NCBI GenBank assembly: GCA_038213375.1
Contig: JBBQTB010000015.1
Coordinates: 385-64,384, forward strand
Reading direction: 5' to 3'
Origin: Bacteroidales bacterium
GTDB lineage: Bacteria; Bacteroidota; Bacteroidia; Bacteroidales; JAAUTT01
Length of the DNA: 64,000 nucleotides
The notes below the pieces were generated by a model that saw only the letters and a list, made by a program, of their open reading frames with translations, did no database searches and was not told the origin of the DNA. A program made the position numbers and the translations under genes. Of this stretch, positions 29,524-40,646 are shown one piece after another. How positions within the stretch are numbered: the stretch's first letter is position 1; each line of letters begins with the position of its first letter.

Positions 29524-31920
29524 ATGAAAACGTTTTTCGCAATCGGTGCAATTTTCTTATTAAATGTTGTTGTTTATGAGAATGGATATGGCCAAAAAAC
29601 AATGTCCATTCATCAAGTTCAAAACATGGAGTATGAAAGCTTAAAGCAAAACTATTCCGAGCAACAATGGGATAGCATTAATCAGTTTATTGCGTTAAAG
29701 TCGGTCAATATAAAAACGGGGCAATCATGTAATCTGAAGAAGATTGTTTTCGGCTGGCATCCATATTGGAATGGAACCGGTTACAACGAATATGATTTTT
29801 CACTTCTATCCGATATTGCTTATTTTTCCTATGAAGTAGATCCGTCAACGGGGAGTTATAGTTCCATTCATGCATGGAAGACAACCCCGGTAATTGATTT
29901 AGCCAAAGCCGCCGGAACAAGGGTAAGTCTCTCCGTTACTTTATTTTCGGGACACCACACCTTATTTGAAAACGAGGTAAGTTGCCAAACGCTAATTGAT
30001 AGCCTTATCAATTTAGTTACTTTTCGTGGTGCTACTGGTGTGAATATCGATTTTGAGGCAGTTCCTTCCAGTCAACGTGATAATCTTTCGCGATTTATTA
30101 AAAATCTAGGATCACAGTTCCATAATAAGATTCCGGGATCGCTTGTTTCCATTGCTATTCCATCAATCAATAAAAATCAAACGTTCGATGTAAAAAGTAT
30201 GGTTCCCTTTGTCGATTTATTTATTATTATGGGTTACGATTATTATTATGGAGGAAGTTCGAATGCTGGTCCCGTTTCGCCCAAAAATAATGGCAAACAA
30301 TGGCCAGCCTATGATGTAACCCGTTCGGTTCGGTATTATCTGGAAGCAGGTGTGCCAAATCAAAAATTGTGTTTGGGGGTTCCGTATTATGGGTACGATT
30401 GGCCCACAATGGATGAAAAACTTAATTCGCCCACTGAGGGTAAAGGTAATGCTCGTTTATATAAAGATGCGGTATCGCGTGCAGCCGATTATGGTCGTTT
30501 GTGGGACAGACATGCTTCGGTGCCCTATTTTGTATATCAAACCGGTGAAAAATGGCGACAATGTTGGTATGATGATGCCACGAGCCTGGGATACAAATAC
30601 GACCTTGTGAATATGTACAATATCGCAGGTATTGGAATTTGGGCACTGGGTTACGATAGGTCAAAAACCGATCTTTGGAATGTACTCCGAGAAAAGTTTT
30701 CGAACTGCGGCAATAATGAATGCTTCGGAAAGTTCAACGATATGGGAGGCCCGGAAGGTAATTATTTTTCTCCTGACCAATACTCGTTTACTATTCAACG
30801 GAAGGATACCGGAATGCTATCCCTAGTTTTTAATGACTTCGATGTTGCTGCCACAGATACAATTTGTTTTTACGATGGAAAGGACTTCACAGGAAAGCTT
30901 TTGGAAAAACTTACCGGTACCCAAACGCCCGGAGTGATTAGTTCGAAAAATGGAGCTATATCTATTCGTTTTGTTTCGGCCGGAACAAAAACTTCAAAAG
31001 GTTGGGAAGCACAGTGGAATTGTGGCGAAAGCTTGGTCCCCGAAAGTTTGAACTTGTCACATAAGTCATTATACGAAAATTTACCATTTGGGTCGTTTAT
31101 CGGGCGATTATCAATAAACGGGAATTTATTTAGTACAGCCAACACCAAGCAAACCTTCAGTAATAATGATAATTCCGACAATTCAAATTTCACTGTGTCA
31201 GGCGATTCGCTTTTTTCTAAGGTTGTATTCAATTTCGAAAAACGAAAATCATACAAAATAACTGTTCAAGGAATTGATTATTTAAACCGAAACGTAGCAA
31301 ATGCGTTTGAAATATCAGTGATTGATAAAAACGACCCCCCGGTATTTTTGAAGCAAATTCCCAATGTTTCAGTAAAATTGGGAGAACCCTTTCAATACAC
31401 GTTGCCGGAAAACCTGACATATGATGAGGATGGGGACAGGCTTTCGTTGGGGGTTAAGACCATAAGCGGATCCGTTGTTCCCGCCTGGCTTTTGTTTGAT
31501 AGCATAACGAACACTTTTTATGGAATTCCCGGAGGAGACCAGGCTGAAACGCTCAAACTGTTATTGGAGGTCTCCGATTCTAAAGGAGGTATTTCAACCA
31601 CTAGTTTTGGGATAGATATAGAAAAGCCGGTTGGTTATATCGATTCTTTATCTTCTGAAATTATGGTTTACCCAAATCCATCACGGGGAACTGTTTATTT
31701 GGTCGTTTCTCGTGAATTAGGCCAGCGTTTGTATCTTTATGTAGATGTGCTTGACAGCAAAGGGAAAAAAACAGGTCAGTACCCTTTACTTACCAATGCG
31801 TTGCATAGAAGAACTTTAACGCTCGATTTGTCGTTTCTTCCCAAAGGTTTGTATTTTCTGAAAATCAGGGCAGGAGATAAAATTTACGCAAAAAAAGTCA
31901 TCGTCTTTCCCTTGGAGTAG
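29524..31920 (+). CDS. GH18-family glycosyl hydrolase-like protein with cadherin/dystroglycan-like Ig domain and T9SS sorting domain
   Basis: 798 aa. Signal peptide, GH18 core (ATGVNIDFE, MGYDYYYG, GIWALGYD), Ig-like repeat (PPVFLKQIPNVSVKLGEPFQYTLPENLTYDEDGD) and CTD (MVYPNPSRGTVYL). Confidence 0.85.
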   Translation: MKTFFAIGAIFLLNVVVYENGYGQKTMSIHQVQNMEYESLKQNYSEQQWDSINQFIALKSVNIKTGQSCNLKKIVFGWHPYWNGTGYNEYDFSLLSDIAYFSYEVDPSTGSYSSIHAWKTTPVIDLAKAAGTRVSLSVTLFSGHHTLFENEVSCQTLIDSLINLVTFRGATGVNIDFEAVPSSQRDNLSRFIKNLGSQFHNKIPGSLVSIAIPSINKNQTFDVKSMVPFVDLFIIMGYDYYYGGSSNAGPVSPKNNGKQWPAYDVTRSVRYYLEAGVPNQKLCLGVPYYGYDWPTMDEKLNSPTEGKGNARLYKDAVSRAADYGRLWDRHASVPYFVYQTGEKWRQCWYDDATSLGYKYDLVNMYNIAGIGIWALGYDRSKTDLWNVLREKFSNCGNNECFGKFNDMGGPEGNYFSPDQYSFTIQRKDTGMLSLVFNDFDVAATDTICFYDGKDFTGKLLEKLTGTQTPGVISSKNGAISIRFVSAGTKTSKGWEAQWNCGESLVPESLNLSHKSLYENLPFGSFIGRLSINGNLFSTANTKQTFSNNDNSDNSNFTVSGDSLFSKVVFNFEKRKSYKITVQGIDYLNRNVANAFEISVIDKNDPPVFLKQIPNVSVKLGEPFQYTLPENLTYDEDGDRLSLGVKTISGSVVPAWLLFDSITNTFYGIPGGDQAETLKLLLEVSDSKGGISTTSFGIDIEKPVGYIDSLSSEIMVYPNPSRGTVYLVVSRELGQRLYLYVDVLDSKGKKTGQYPLLTNALHRRTLTLDLSFLPKGLYFLKIRAGDKIYAKKVIVFPLE

Positions 31921-32103
31921 ATGGATGCGTTTTCAAATTTAGATACATACTCCCTTAAAAAATATTGCCCTAATTTTGTAACCATCCAATAAGGTATAAG
32001 GTTAGATATAAAGATTATTTATTTTCTAATTAGTTCTACTCTCGCAGCTAAATTTTTTTATGATTTTTCAGCTTTTTTCCCTCCTGCACTAAAGGTAGAA
32101 ACC

Positions 32104-32152
32104 TGAAAAATCAACCTGTTTCCTCTAGAGATTTAGAGTAGAACAGGTTGGT
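32104..32152 (-). terminator. Hairpin terminator downstream of fucP
   Basis: CAACCTGTT (32112-20) pairs with AACAGGTTG (32142-50). A T-run follows on the minus strand. Confidence 0.5.
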
Positions 32153-32209
32153 TTTTCTAAAGTGTCAAAGTGGAATTTGGATATAGATACGAAACTAACC
32201 TTTTTATAA

Positions 32210-33463
32210 TCAGCCACCCAAAGGCTGTTTCCTTATTGCACTTCCCTTTAAGGCATAATACACTATAAAAATAAAAAACGGGATTGGGGCAAAGAAACCC
32301 GCCGACATATTGTATTTATCAGCTATGAGACCCATAATTGGCGGGAAAACAGCCCCTCCAACAATAGACATTACTATAAAGGAAGCAGCTTTCTTAGTTT
32401 TTGAACCAAGATCTTTGATACCTAATGCAAATATTGTTGGAAACATTATCGACATGAAAAAGAAAACAGCATAAAGTGCTATAAGTGATACCCAACCTGC
32501 ATTCATGCTCACAACAGGTAATAACAGGCAACACATCAATGCATATACTGCAAGCATTTTTGCTGGTTCAAAAAATTTCATTAGCAGACTGCCGGACATC
32601 CTCCCAATCATAAACAAAGCAAAACCGATAGAGAGAAAATATGGGCCGTTTGCTACATTAAAATGTGGGGTTTGGTTAGTATCCGTTACAAAATTGATAA
32701 GATAACTAAAAATACCCGTTTGCGCTGCTACATAGGAAAACTGAGCAATAACAGCAAGCACAAAGTGTCGTTGCTTAAATAACGGTTTGTTTAGGAACTG
32801 ATTATCAGTTACAGCAACATTAACGTGTTCATGGGAGACTTCTTCATCTGTTATTTCAGGTAACTTGGTTTTAATAAAGATGATAGCTACGAGTAACACA
32901 ATTCCTCCAATAATTGAATAGGGCAAAATCATGGAACTAAGTTTTTCACCTTCGGCGGCGCCATTATTTCCATAAATAAAAAGGCCGATAAGCGGGCCAA
33001 TTACCCATGCTAATCCATTGAATGATTGCGAGAAGTTAATACGACGTTCTGCCGATTCTTTTGGACCAAGTTTGGTTGTGTAAGGATTGGCGGCAGTTTC
33101 TAAAGTTGCCAGTCCGCATCCCATTACAAACAAGCAAATAAGGAAGATCCAGAAAGATTCGAAGGAAGTGGTTGCAGCAATTAGAAATGCTCCTGTAGCG
33201 AAAAGTGACAAGCCGAGTATGATGCCTTTTTTATATCCAAATCGTCGCATGAAATATCCTGCAGGCAATGCCATACCAAAATAGGCTGTATAAACGGAAA
33301 ATTGAATCATGCCAGACTGAGCTTTTGACATATTCAGCATATCCTGAAAATGTTTGTTTAATGTATCCAGCATCCCGTGAGCAATGCCCCACATAAAAAA
33401 TAGTGAGGTTATCAGAATAAATGGGATTAAATAATCCTTTGTCGTTAATTTATGTTTGTTCAT
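32210..33463 (-). CDS. fucP: L-fucose:H+ symporter permease (MFS)
   Basis: 417 aa, 12-TM MFS with a FucP-like N-terminus (LIPFILITSLFFMWGIAHGMLDTLNKHFQ). Located in the fucose operon. Confidence 0.9.
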   Translation of the reverse strand: MNKHKLTTKDYLIPFILITSLFFMWGIAHGMLDTLNKHFQDMLNMSKAQSGMIQFSVYTAYFGMALPAGYFMRRFGYKKGIILGLSLFATGAFLIAATTSFESFWIFLICLFVMGCGLATLETAANPYTTKLGPKESAERRINFSQSFNGLAWVIGPLIGLFIYGNNGAAEGEKLSSMILPYSIIGGIVLLVAIIFIKTKLPEITDEEVSHEHVNVAVTDNQFLNKPLFKQRHFVLAVIAQFSYVAAQTGIFSYLINFVTDTNQTPHFNVANGPYFLSIGFALFMIGRMSGSLLMKFFEPAKMLAVYALMCCLLLPVVSMNAGWVSLIALYAVFFFMSIMFPTIFALGIKDLGSKTKKAASFIVMSIVGGAVFPPIMGLIADKYNMSAGFFAPIPFFIFIVYYALKGSAIRKQPLGG

Positions 33464-33505
33464 GTTTTATATGTAATTAGCAGCATTGTGAGAACAAATT
33501 CGGAA

Positions 33506-34873
33506 TTATTTTAATTCAATTTTGATGACAGCATCAATTTTTCCGGGTGAATCTTTTGCTTTATCAGCGTTGATGAATAAATTGCCGGGTTCGTTATTGC
33601 CCCACCATGAATTTTGAAATGACAATTCAGCGCCGGAACTTAACAAAAATACATTTTTAGCTTTGTCGCCTATCCCCTTGGCATTGAGTGCTCCAAGAAT
33701 TGGGTGCATCCAATGAGCATAAACTGTATTGTTTTTTTGCGTGTAACGACCCCAATCAGGTTTGACTAAATTGGATGCGCCACAACCATAAATACTTTCG
33801 TTGTTTTTGTCCATCCATTTCCCCACTTCACTTAAAATGCGAATACTTTCGTCGGGTATGTTTCCACGTGCATCCGGACCAACATTCAACAGCATATTTC
33901 CGTTTTTACTTACACAGTTCACCAAACAATGCACAATCAATTCGGGCGATTTCCAGTTGTTGTCCGATTCAGTATATCCCCAGTTATTGTTAAGCGTTAA
34001 GCAGGTTTCCCATGGAATAGAATTGCCATATTTATCTATCAACGGGGCATCTGGAATGCCTTGTTCGGGTGTTTCAAAATCGCCGATGAAGCTCACCATT
34101 CTTCCTGTGGTGGTGGTTCCATTATTGATATCAAGGCGGTTATCGAGAATAATATCGGGCTGATATTTGTGAACCATTTGGAGCAGTGATTTGGCTTTCC
34201 ACTTTTCGCTATTATAGTTGTCAAACGAATAGTCGAACCACATGATATCGATTTTACCATAGTTTTTAACCAATTCTTCTACCTGACCATGCATGTATGT
34301 GAGGTAATTATCCCAATTAAATTTGCGTTTGGCATAATCTTTATCATCGCGTTGCGGATGATTGCCTACGTTAGGATAATCTGCATGATGCCAGTCGATA
34401 AGGGAATAATAAAGTCCCACTTTTAAACCTTCAGCACGAAATGCATCAAGAAACTCACGAACAATATCACGTCCGTTAAATTTTGTACTTGCTTTATAAT
34501 CTGTAAGTTTACTATCGAACATACAAAAGCCGTCATGATGTTTGGCAGTGAGTACAGCATACTTCATCCCTGCTGCTTTTGCAGCCTTTGCCCATTTTTT
34601 GGCATCAAAATCAATGGGGTTGAAAACATCTACATATTTCTGATATTGTTCTGTAGTCAATCGCTCATTTGATTTCACCCATTCTCCGCGGGCTGGCACG
34701 GCATAGGCTCCAAAGTGTATAAACATTCCAAAACGGGCATCACGCCACCATTGTGTGCGTTTCAATACCTGTTGGTAATTGGACTGATATTCTTTTGAAG
34801 CTGTTTCCTGACCGGTTATCATACTTCCAAATACAAAAATTGAAGAAATAAATAAAATGACTTTTTTTTTCAT
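33506..34873 (-). CDS. Alpha-L-fucosidase (GH29), secreted
   Basis: 455 aa. Signal peptide and GH29 motifs (FGMFIHFGAYAVPA, AKHHDGFCMFDS, WFDY). Confidence 0.9.
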   Translation of the reverse strand: MKKKVILFISSIFVFGSMITGQETASKEYQSNYQQVLKRTQWWRDARFGMFIHFGAYAVPARGEWVKSNERLTTEQYQKYVDVFNPIDFDAKKWAKAAKAAGMKYAVLTAKHHDGFCMFDSKLTDYKASTKFNGRDIVREFLDAFRAEGLKVGLYYSLIDWHHADYPNVGNHPQRDDKDYAKRKFNWDNYLTYMHGQVEELVKNYGKIDIMWFDYSFDNYNSEKWKAKSLLQMVHKYQPDIILDNRLDINNGTTTTGRMVSFIGDFETPEQGIPDAPLIDKYGNSIPWETCLTLNNNWGYTESDNNWKSPELIVHCLVNCVSKNGNMLLNVGPDARGNIPDESIRILSEVGKWMDKNNESIYGCGASNLVKPDWGRYTQKNNTVYAHWMHPILGALNAKGIGDKAKNVFLLSSGAELSFQNSWWGNNEPGNLFINADKAKDSPGKIDAVIKIELK

Positions 34874-34890
34874 GGTAGTTAATTATGTGT

Positions 34891-36672
34891 TTATTTATAA
34901 AGTGCACCGTAGGTATTGCAAGCCCTGTAATCTGATCCTTCAGCATCCATACCGAATGCACCCCAGGCGCTTGGGCGAAAGATATTAGCATCGCCTACAT
35001 TGTGCATCGAAACGGGTATACGAAGCATGGATGCAAGAGTGATTAAATCAGCGCCTATGTGTCCGTAACTGAATGCACCATGGTTTGCACCCCAATTGTA
35101 CATTACCGAGTAAACATCGGCAAAAGCTCCTTTGCCCGTAAGATTGGGAACAAACCATGTAGTGGGCCATGTTTGGTTAGTGCGCTCATCAAGAATTTTA
35201 TGAATATCGGCAGGAATGTCAGCCGTCCATCCCTCAGCTAATTGTAATACAGGACCCAAACCTTTGATAAGGTTAATTCTTGCCATCGTTACCGGCATAT
35301 TTCCTTTGGTAAGGAAGTGTGACGAATATCCACCTCCCCGAAAATACTCCTGAGAAGCCGGATACCATGTGGTAACATCAAGACATTTTTTTGCCTCTTC
35401 TTCCGAAATTTCCCAGAAAGGTTTCATCGCTGGTTTTCCGTTTTTGGACATTACTCCACTACCATCCAGCGATGCTGAACCGGAATTTATAAGATGGATC
35501 ATTCCATTAGCGGCCAATCCGGAGAGTGTTTTCCCTGTAACCCTTTTAACAGCTTCGGGACTCCAATATGTTCGCACATCAGCAAACACCTGGGCTGTAT
35601 TGGTAAGAAGATGGCCAAAAAGCATGGCTACACCGTTGAGACAGTCGTTTTCGGTAGCCACTACAAATGCTTGACGGATACCATTCCAATCGAAGGATGA
35701 ATTAAGAATTGCCTCTGCAAAATCGCCGTTTGGCATATGGTCGGTCCATTGACGTTGTCCCTGAAAACCAGATGCAATAGCATTATGCCCGTGAGCTTCT
35801 TCACCAAATCCCATAGCTGCAAGTTTCGGATTGCCAATCATCATGTCGCGCATAATGAGGGTCATTTTTATCACATATTCCCAGATTTCGTCTTTTTGCT
35901 TACGCGATTTCTGGTCTTTGGTGGCATTAAAATCATGTCCTTCTTTGCAATTAGCCTTAGTCCAGCTGAGGGCTTTTGCAAATTCTACTTTATCGTAAAT
36001 ACCTTCGTTTACACGACGGATAATTTCACTCATATCCGAATATTCAGTTCTCATTCCAAGATACGACTGAAAGAAATCAGCATCAACAATTGATCCTGCA
36101 ATACCCATCGACACCGAACCAATGGAAAGGTATGACTTCCCGCGCATAGTTGCCACTGCCAAACCGGCTTTGGAAAAGCGAAGGAGTTTTTCTTTCACAT
36201 CCTCAGGAATTGATGTGTCACTAGAATCCTGAACATCACGTCCGTATATGCTAAAAGCCGGGATGCCTTTTTGGTTATGACCGGCAAGGGCTGCTGCCAA
36301 ATATACTGCTCCGGGTCGTTCTGTACCATTAAAACCCCAAATTGCTTTAGGAATGGAAGGATTCATATCGATTGTTTCACTACCATAGCACCAGCAAGGT
36401 GTTACCGTAATAGATACACCTATGTTTTCGCGTTCGAATTTTTCGGCGCACAAAGCAGCTTCTGACACTCCACCAATGCAAGTGTCAGCTATCACACATT
36501 CGACTTTGCTTCCATCAGGGTGACGAAGGTTTCCGCTAAGCAGATCAGCCACACGTTTAGCCATTCCCATGGTTTGGTTTTCAAGTGATTCGCGGACACC
36601 ACCTAGGCGTCCGTCAATTGTTGGGCGTATACCAACTTTGGGTAGCGCACCACGTAATCTATTAGTTGTCAT
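34891..36672 (-). CDS. fucI: L-fucose isomerase
   Basis: 593 aa. Full-length FucI ([21 protein letters not shown]... C-terminal ...[10 protein letters not shown]). Confidence 0.95.
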   Translation of the reverse strand: MTTNRLRGALPKVGIRPTIDGRLGGVRESLENQTMGMAKRVADLLSGNLRHPDGSKVECVIADTCIGGVSEAALCAEKFERENIGVSITVTPCWCYGSETIDMNPSIPKAIWGFNGTERPGAVYLAAALAGHNQKGIPAFSIYGRDVQDSSDTSIPEDVKEKLLRFSKAGLAVATMRGKSYLSIGSVSMGIAGSIVDADFFQSYLGMRTEYSDMSEIIRRVNEGIYDKVEFAKALSWTKANCKEGHDFNATKDQKSRKQKDEIWEYVIKMTLIMRDMMIGNPKLAAMGFGEEAHGHNAIASGFQGQRQWTDHMPNGDFAEAILNSSFDWNGIRQAFVVATENDCLNGVAMLFGHLLTNTAQVFADVRTYWSPEAVKRVTGKTLSGLAANGMIHLINSGSASLDGSGVMSKNGKPAMKPFWEISEEEAKKCLDVTTWYPASQEYFRGGGYSSHFLTKGNMPVTMARINLIKGLGPVLQLAEGWTADIPADIHKILDERTNQTWPTTWFVPNLTGKGAFADVYSVMYNWGANHGAFSYGHIGADLITLASMLRIPVSMHNVGDANIFRPSAWGAFGMDAEGSDYRACNTYGALYK

Positions 36673-36753
36673 AATAATATAAATTTATTCGTTAATTTTT
36701 AAATGATACTTGTTACTTGTTGCTTGTTATCTCAATCTAAAATCTAAAATATT

Positions 36754-37749
36754 TCACAAAGATCCTCTCATAATCAATTTTGTAGGAATCATTTCATACA
36801 TTTTTTGTTTGGTACTGATAAACTCTGCCGCTTTGGCACCCATGGCAGCAAAATCAGTCGAAATCACCGTGATACCATTTTCAATAATTTCGTACATGGG
36901 TGTATCATTGTAGGCAATAATGCCAACATCTGTTCCAATTTGCAGCCGTTTTTCCCTGCAACACTTTACTATTTCAACCAAATCGTTTTGCCTGATGATG
37001 AAATAAATATTTCCTTTCATGAAATTTGCGCATTCAATAGATTTTATGACTTCTGATTCAAGGTTTTGATCTTTGCAAAATTTCTTAAAGTATTTGGTTG
37101 TTATTTTGGGATGTTCCGATTCTTCCTGCATATAGAGGTAAAATTTCTTATATTTTTTAATCTGCTCAATTCCGGAAAGGAGACACTGATATACTGATTT
37201 TCCAAAATCTTGATAAACATAAGAATAGCTTTCTTTATCAAAATCTCCCAAGTCGAGAAGCAGGAGTTTGTTGGGGTCAATCTTGCGCAATGATGCATGT
37301 ATGTTTTCGTTGCTAAAATTCATTACCACATAATTATTATATCTGCCCAAACTGTCTAATATTACAGTTTCAAATAAATATTCATTATAAAAATGAAAAA
37401 CAATGTCGACCTTATAGTTTTTTGGCAGATTTTTTATAAACGAATTGTATAACACGTCTTTGAATGGACTGTACACATCAAGAAGCAGCAATATTTTATT
37501 CATATTACCAATTACATGATAACCTTTTCCTGGTGTAGAATCTACAATTCCCCGTTGTTTTAATTCCTGATAGGCTTTAAAAACAGTATCCCTCGATAAA
37601 ATATATTGATTGCTTATTTTATTTACTGATGGTAATGCATCTCCGGGTTGAAAATCACCCTGACTTATGGCGTTCGCTATAACATCTACCAGATGTTGAA
37701 CTTTGGTAGAGCTATTGGTTGGATTTATTTGAAGTTCCAAAGACTTCAT
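36754..37749 (-). CDS. GntR-family HTH regulator with periplasmic-binding-protein-like sugar sensor domain (FucR-like)
   Basis: 331 aa with a GntR wHTH (LPSVNKISNQYILSRDTVFKAYQELKQRGIV), upstream of fucI in the same orientation. Confidence 0.85.
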   Translation of the reverse strand: MKSLELQINPTNSSTKVQHLVDVIANAISQGDFQPGDALPSVNKISNQYILSRDTVFKAYQELKQRGIVDSTPGKGYHVIGNMNKILLLLDVYSPFKDVLYNSFIKNLPKNYKVDIVFHFYNEYLFETVILDSLGRYNNYVVMNFSNENIHASLRKIDPNKLLLLDLGDFDKESYSYVYQDFGKSVYQCLLSGIEQIKKYKKFYLYMQEESEHPKITTKYFKKFCKDQNLESEVIKSIECANFMKGNIYFIIRQNDLVEIVKCCREKRLQIGTDVGIIAYNDTPMYEIIENGITVISTDFAAMGAKAAEFISTKQKMYEMIPTKLIMRGSL

Positions 37750-37921
37750 TTAGTTATATTATTAATATACAATTAAATATATCTATCCTGTCCTGTTCTG
37801 TGCTGATACAAATATATTAAATTTTTGAAATTGACAATAAGTTTTATAAAGGGAAATAAAAATAAATGTAAAGTGTTGTATTTTTGCGCGATTAATTTTT
37901 TTTGAAAATAATAGATGCGTT

Positions 37922-38578
37922 ATGGAACTCCGATTAACTGCCGATGGATCAAATACTGTGGTTTCTGATATTTTTTCAGAAACATATCATTCAGTGAATG
38001 GCGCCGTTACAGAGTCAATGCATGTGTTTATCGACACTGGATTAAAAGCTTGCACGAAAAAGCGCATCCGCGTTTTCGAGGTAGGTTTTGGAACCGGACT
38101 TAATGCCTTATTAACAAGCATTGAGGCTGAAAAACACAACCTTCATATTGAATATCATTCTGTTGAACTTTATCCGATAACTTTAGAAACCGTTGAGCAT
38201 CTGCGTTATCATGATTTTCTTTCGTCGGATATTCAAATATTTAAAACCATGCATGAGGCACCTTGGGATCTGCTTGCACAAATCTCACCAAACTTTCAAT
38301 TAAAAAAAATCGCCGCTAATTTGCTTAATATTCCTTTGACAGATTTTTATGATGTGGTTTATTTTGATGCATTTTCACCTGGTATTCAGCCGGAATTATG
38401 GACCAGAGACATTTTTACAAAATTTTACAATCATATGTTTCCCGGTGGAATAATAACAACTTATTGCGCAAAGGGCGAAGTTAGAAGGAATATGAAAGCT
38501 TCGGGGTTTGAAGTGGAACGCTTGCCTGGCCCTCCCGGGAAAAGGGAGATGTTACGTGCAAAAAAAGAGCGTAGCTAA
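37922..38578 (+). CDS. mnmD: tRNA (mnm5s2U34)-methyltransferase MnmD
   Basis: 218 aa with the SAM motif VFEVGFGTGLN and DVVYFDAFSP typical of the MnmC/MnmD methyltransferase domain. Confidence 0.8.
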   Translation: MELRLTADGSNTVVSDIFSETYHSVNGAVTESMHVFIDTGLKACTKKRIRVFEVGFGTGLNALLTSIEAEKHNLHIEYHSVELYPITLETVEHLRYHDFLSSDIQIFKTMHEAPWDLLAQISPNFQLKKIAANLLNIPLTDFYDVVYFDAFSPGIQPELWTRDIFTKFYNHMFPGGIITTYCAKGEVRRNMKASGFEVERLPGPPGKREMLRAKKERS

Positions 38579-38625
38579 AAACTACGCTCAGCACTTTGAG
38601 TGACAGAAAATTCAAAATCTTATGT

Positions 38626-38955
38626 TTAATTTTTTGAACCAAGCAGTTCAAGATCCTTAATGTTGATAACCAAAGACGATTTTACCCCACCTTCTTTCGA
38701 TTCGTATCCTTCACTTGTTGGTATTCCTTCAATATAAACGCGTTGCCCTTTTTTCAGAAATTCGGTTATTTTAGTACTTTGGTCGCTGTTTTTCCAAAGA
38801 ACGGCCTTAACCCATTCTGTTTTTTCAACTTTGTTTCCATCCTGATCCTTGTAATCCTGATGAACTGCTACGTTAAAATTAATGGCCTTTCGATTGCCTA
38901 CTTCCCTAATTTCGCAATCATTGCCTAATGCTCCGGTTAACAAAAGTTTAATCAT
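38626..38955 (-). CDS. Single-stranded DNA-binding (OB-fold) protein, short form
   Basis: 109 aa: LTGALGNDCEIREV...TEWVKAVLWKN...GQRVYIEG pattern of the SSB OB fold. No acidic tail. Confidence 0.75.
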   Translation of the reverse strand: MIKLLLTGALGNDCEIREVGNRKAINFNVAVHQDYKDQDGNKVEKTEWVKAVLWKNSDQSTKITEFLKKGQRVYIEGIPTSEGYESKEGGVKSSLVINIKDLELLGSKN

Positions 38956-39102
38956 GGTTGTTTATTTTTGATTAATAATTAATAATTAGGTACAATGGAA
39001 ATTTAAAACAATGATTTGATATTCGCAAATACATTTGTAAGTTTTTTGTTAAAAACCTGACGGAGTAATATTTATATTTTTTAGAGGGATATTATACGAT
39101 TC

Positions 39103-39222
39103 TCATTGATCGTGTTGCTTTTCATTTTCGTTACGCTCTTGATTTCGTTTGTATAGTATATAAACAACTACGCCAAGGGTTACAATGATAATTAGTTTTA
39201 TAAATGCGTAGAATGAATACAT
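39103..39222 (-). CDS. Possible small membrane protein (39 aa)
   Basis: Own translation: MYSFYAFIKLIIIVTLGVVVYILYKRNQERNENEKQHDQ, with one TM helix plus a charged tail. Below the ORF-track size cutoff. Confidence 0.3.
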   Translation of the reverse strand: MYSFYAFIKLIIIVTLGVVVYILYKRNQERNENEKQHDQ

Positions 39223-39286
39223 GGCGTATGGTTTACATATCTTTATTTTGTAAGCAATTTTATATACCAATATTACAAAATATCTT

Positions 39287-40072
39287 CTATGCCGGCAGCA
39301 TTTTTTTGATAATTCTTAACTTATGTGAGTATTGATGTGTATCAACATTAAAAATTCCCTGTTCGTCCAGCTTATCTATTCTTACCTTGCCTGATGAATG
39401 AATTATAAATGACTTTTCCAGAATAATTCCGGTATGAATAATATGTCCATCTTCTCGCTCAAAAAATGCAAGATCTCCGGGATGGGCTAAAGTAATTTTA
39501 TCAATTGTTATTCCTGTTTCCGCCTGTTGATGTGCATCCCGGGGAATAGAAATACCGTTCATTTTAAATACAATCTGTGTTAATCCCGAACAATCGATGC
39601 CAAAAATGGTGCGCCCACCCCATAAATATGGAGTATTCAGATATTTAACTGCTGTACCGGCGATGTCTGTTTTTGAATTAGGATGTTGAAGTTCGGCACT
39701 ATTTTCAAGCATTATGGCACTATTCCCAATTATAATTTGGCCGTTTTCTTCAATTAGTGTGCTTCCGCCTGCTAAAAAAGTAATTGGAATATGGGTAACC
39801 GATTGAAATATCTTACAAACAACATCTTTTAGATATACCTTCTGTTTTTTCTTAAAACTGAGCATATCTTTTTCGTCTAAAGGCGTAATCATCTTCGATG
39901 TTATCCAACCCTTATAATTGTCAAAATGTGTTTTAATCAGGCTCCAGGCGCCATCCGTTTGTATTACATCAAATGTCTCCCCAAATAAAATCTGGGTCGT
40001 CATCTCACTTCGTTCGGCAGGCTCTTTTCTAACCGGTATTAATGTTAATTGGCAAATCCCTTGGTTTCCCAT
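39287..40072 (-). CDS. C40-family (NlpC/P60) peptidoglycan peptidase with N-terminal SH3-like domain
   Basis: 261 aa with the catalytic context GGRTIFGIDCSGLTQIVF and HTGI. Confidence 0.85.
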   Translation of the reverse strand: MGNQGICQLTLIPVRKEPAERSEMTTQILFGETFDVIQTDGAWSLIKTHFDNYKGWITSKMITPLDEKDMLSFKKKQKVYLKDVVCKIFQSVTHIPITFLAGGSTLIEENGQIIIGNSAIMLENSAELQHPNSKTDIAGTAVKYLNTPYLWGGRTIFGIDCSGLTQIVFKMNGISIPRDAHQQAETGITIDKITLAHPGDLAFFEREDGHIIHTGIILEKSFIIHSSGKVRIDKLDEQGIFNVDTHQYSHKLRIIKKMLPA

Positions 40073-40473
40073 AGCTTTGTATTAAACTAGTTAAGTATCA
40101 ATTTGCATCTTGTAAAACAATATAATGATGAAAGAATTAATTCAGCCTTCTTGCATTTTAGATTTTCAAAATATAAAATTAATCCAATAATCTATTGTAG
40201 TAACCATTTTACGTAATTTTCTCTAATTGTTCATTAGGATAAGAATTTTTTATTTAGAATATTTATAACATTTATTCGCTAAAAATCAAATTATAAGTTA
40301 GATACGTTTAAACTAATTTAGAAACTACATTCTCTGTAGTTCGGATTAAAATAGAATAATAAAAGATACATTTGTCTTAAATTATTAATTGTAAAATATC
40401 GTTGTCAAACTAATAACTTTTTGTCGTGATACTAACAATGATTGCTTTAATTGCTTTTACTACTCGTTTTTTT

Positions 40474-40584
40474 ATGAAAAAGAAGAGTAGTGCCGTAAAC
40501 ATTAATCAAACCAACCTTGCTTACGATGGCCAATCTGGCGATTGTGGTTGTGGTGGATGTGGTTGTGGCGGTGGTGGTAACTAA
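40474..40584 (+). CDS. Unannotated small ORF encoding a Cys/Gly-rich 36-aa peptide
   Basis: Own translation: MKKKSSAVNINQTNLAYDGQSGDCGCGGCGCGGGGN, followed 36 nt later by a strong hairpin terminator. Confidence 0.35.
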   Translation: MKKKSSAVNINQTNLAYDGQSGDCGCGGCGCGGGGN

Positions 40585-40616
40585 TTCATTAAGGTGTTGT
40601 TTTCTTTTCTTAGATC

Positions 40617-40646
40617 GAAAAGGTGGAAGGGGTTCCACCTTTTTTA
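40617..40646. terminator. Bidirectional hairpin terminator (small ORF / apbE)
   Basis: AGGTGGAA-GGGG-TTCCACCT flanked by A-run and T-run. Lies just past the apbE stop on the minus strand. Confidence 0.7.

Noticed and set aside
40447-40638. 63-aa Thr-rich ORF on the minus strand (TTTATTTSTTTT)
   Set aside because: It is the antisense reading of the GGTTGT tract. It would start inside the apbE terminator hairpin. The + strand 36-aa ORF has a better start and terminator arrangement, though it is also uncertain.
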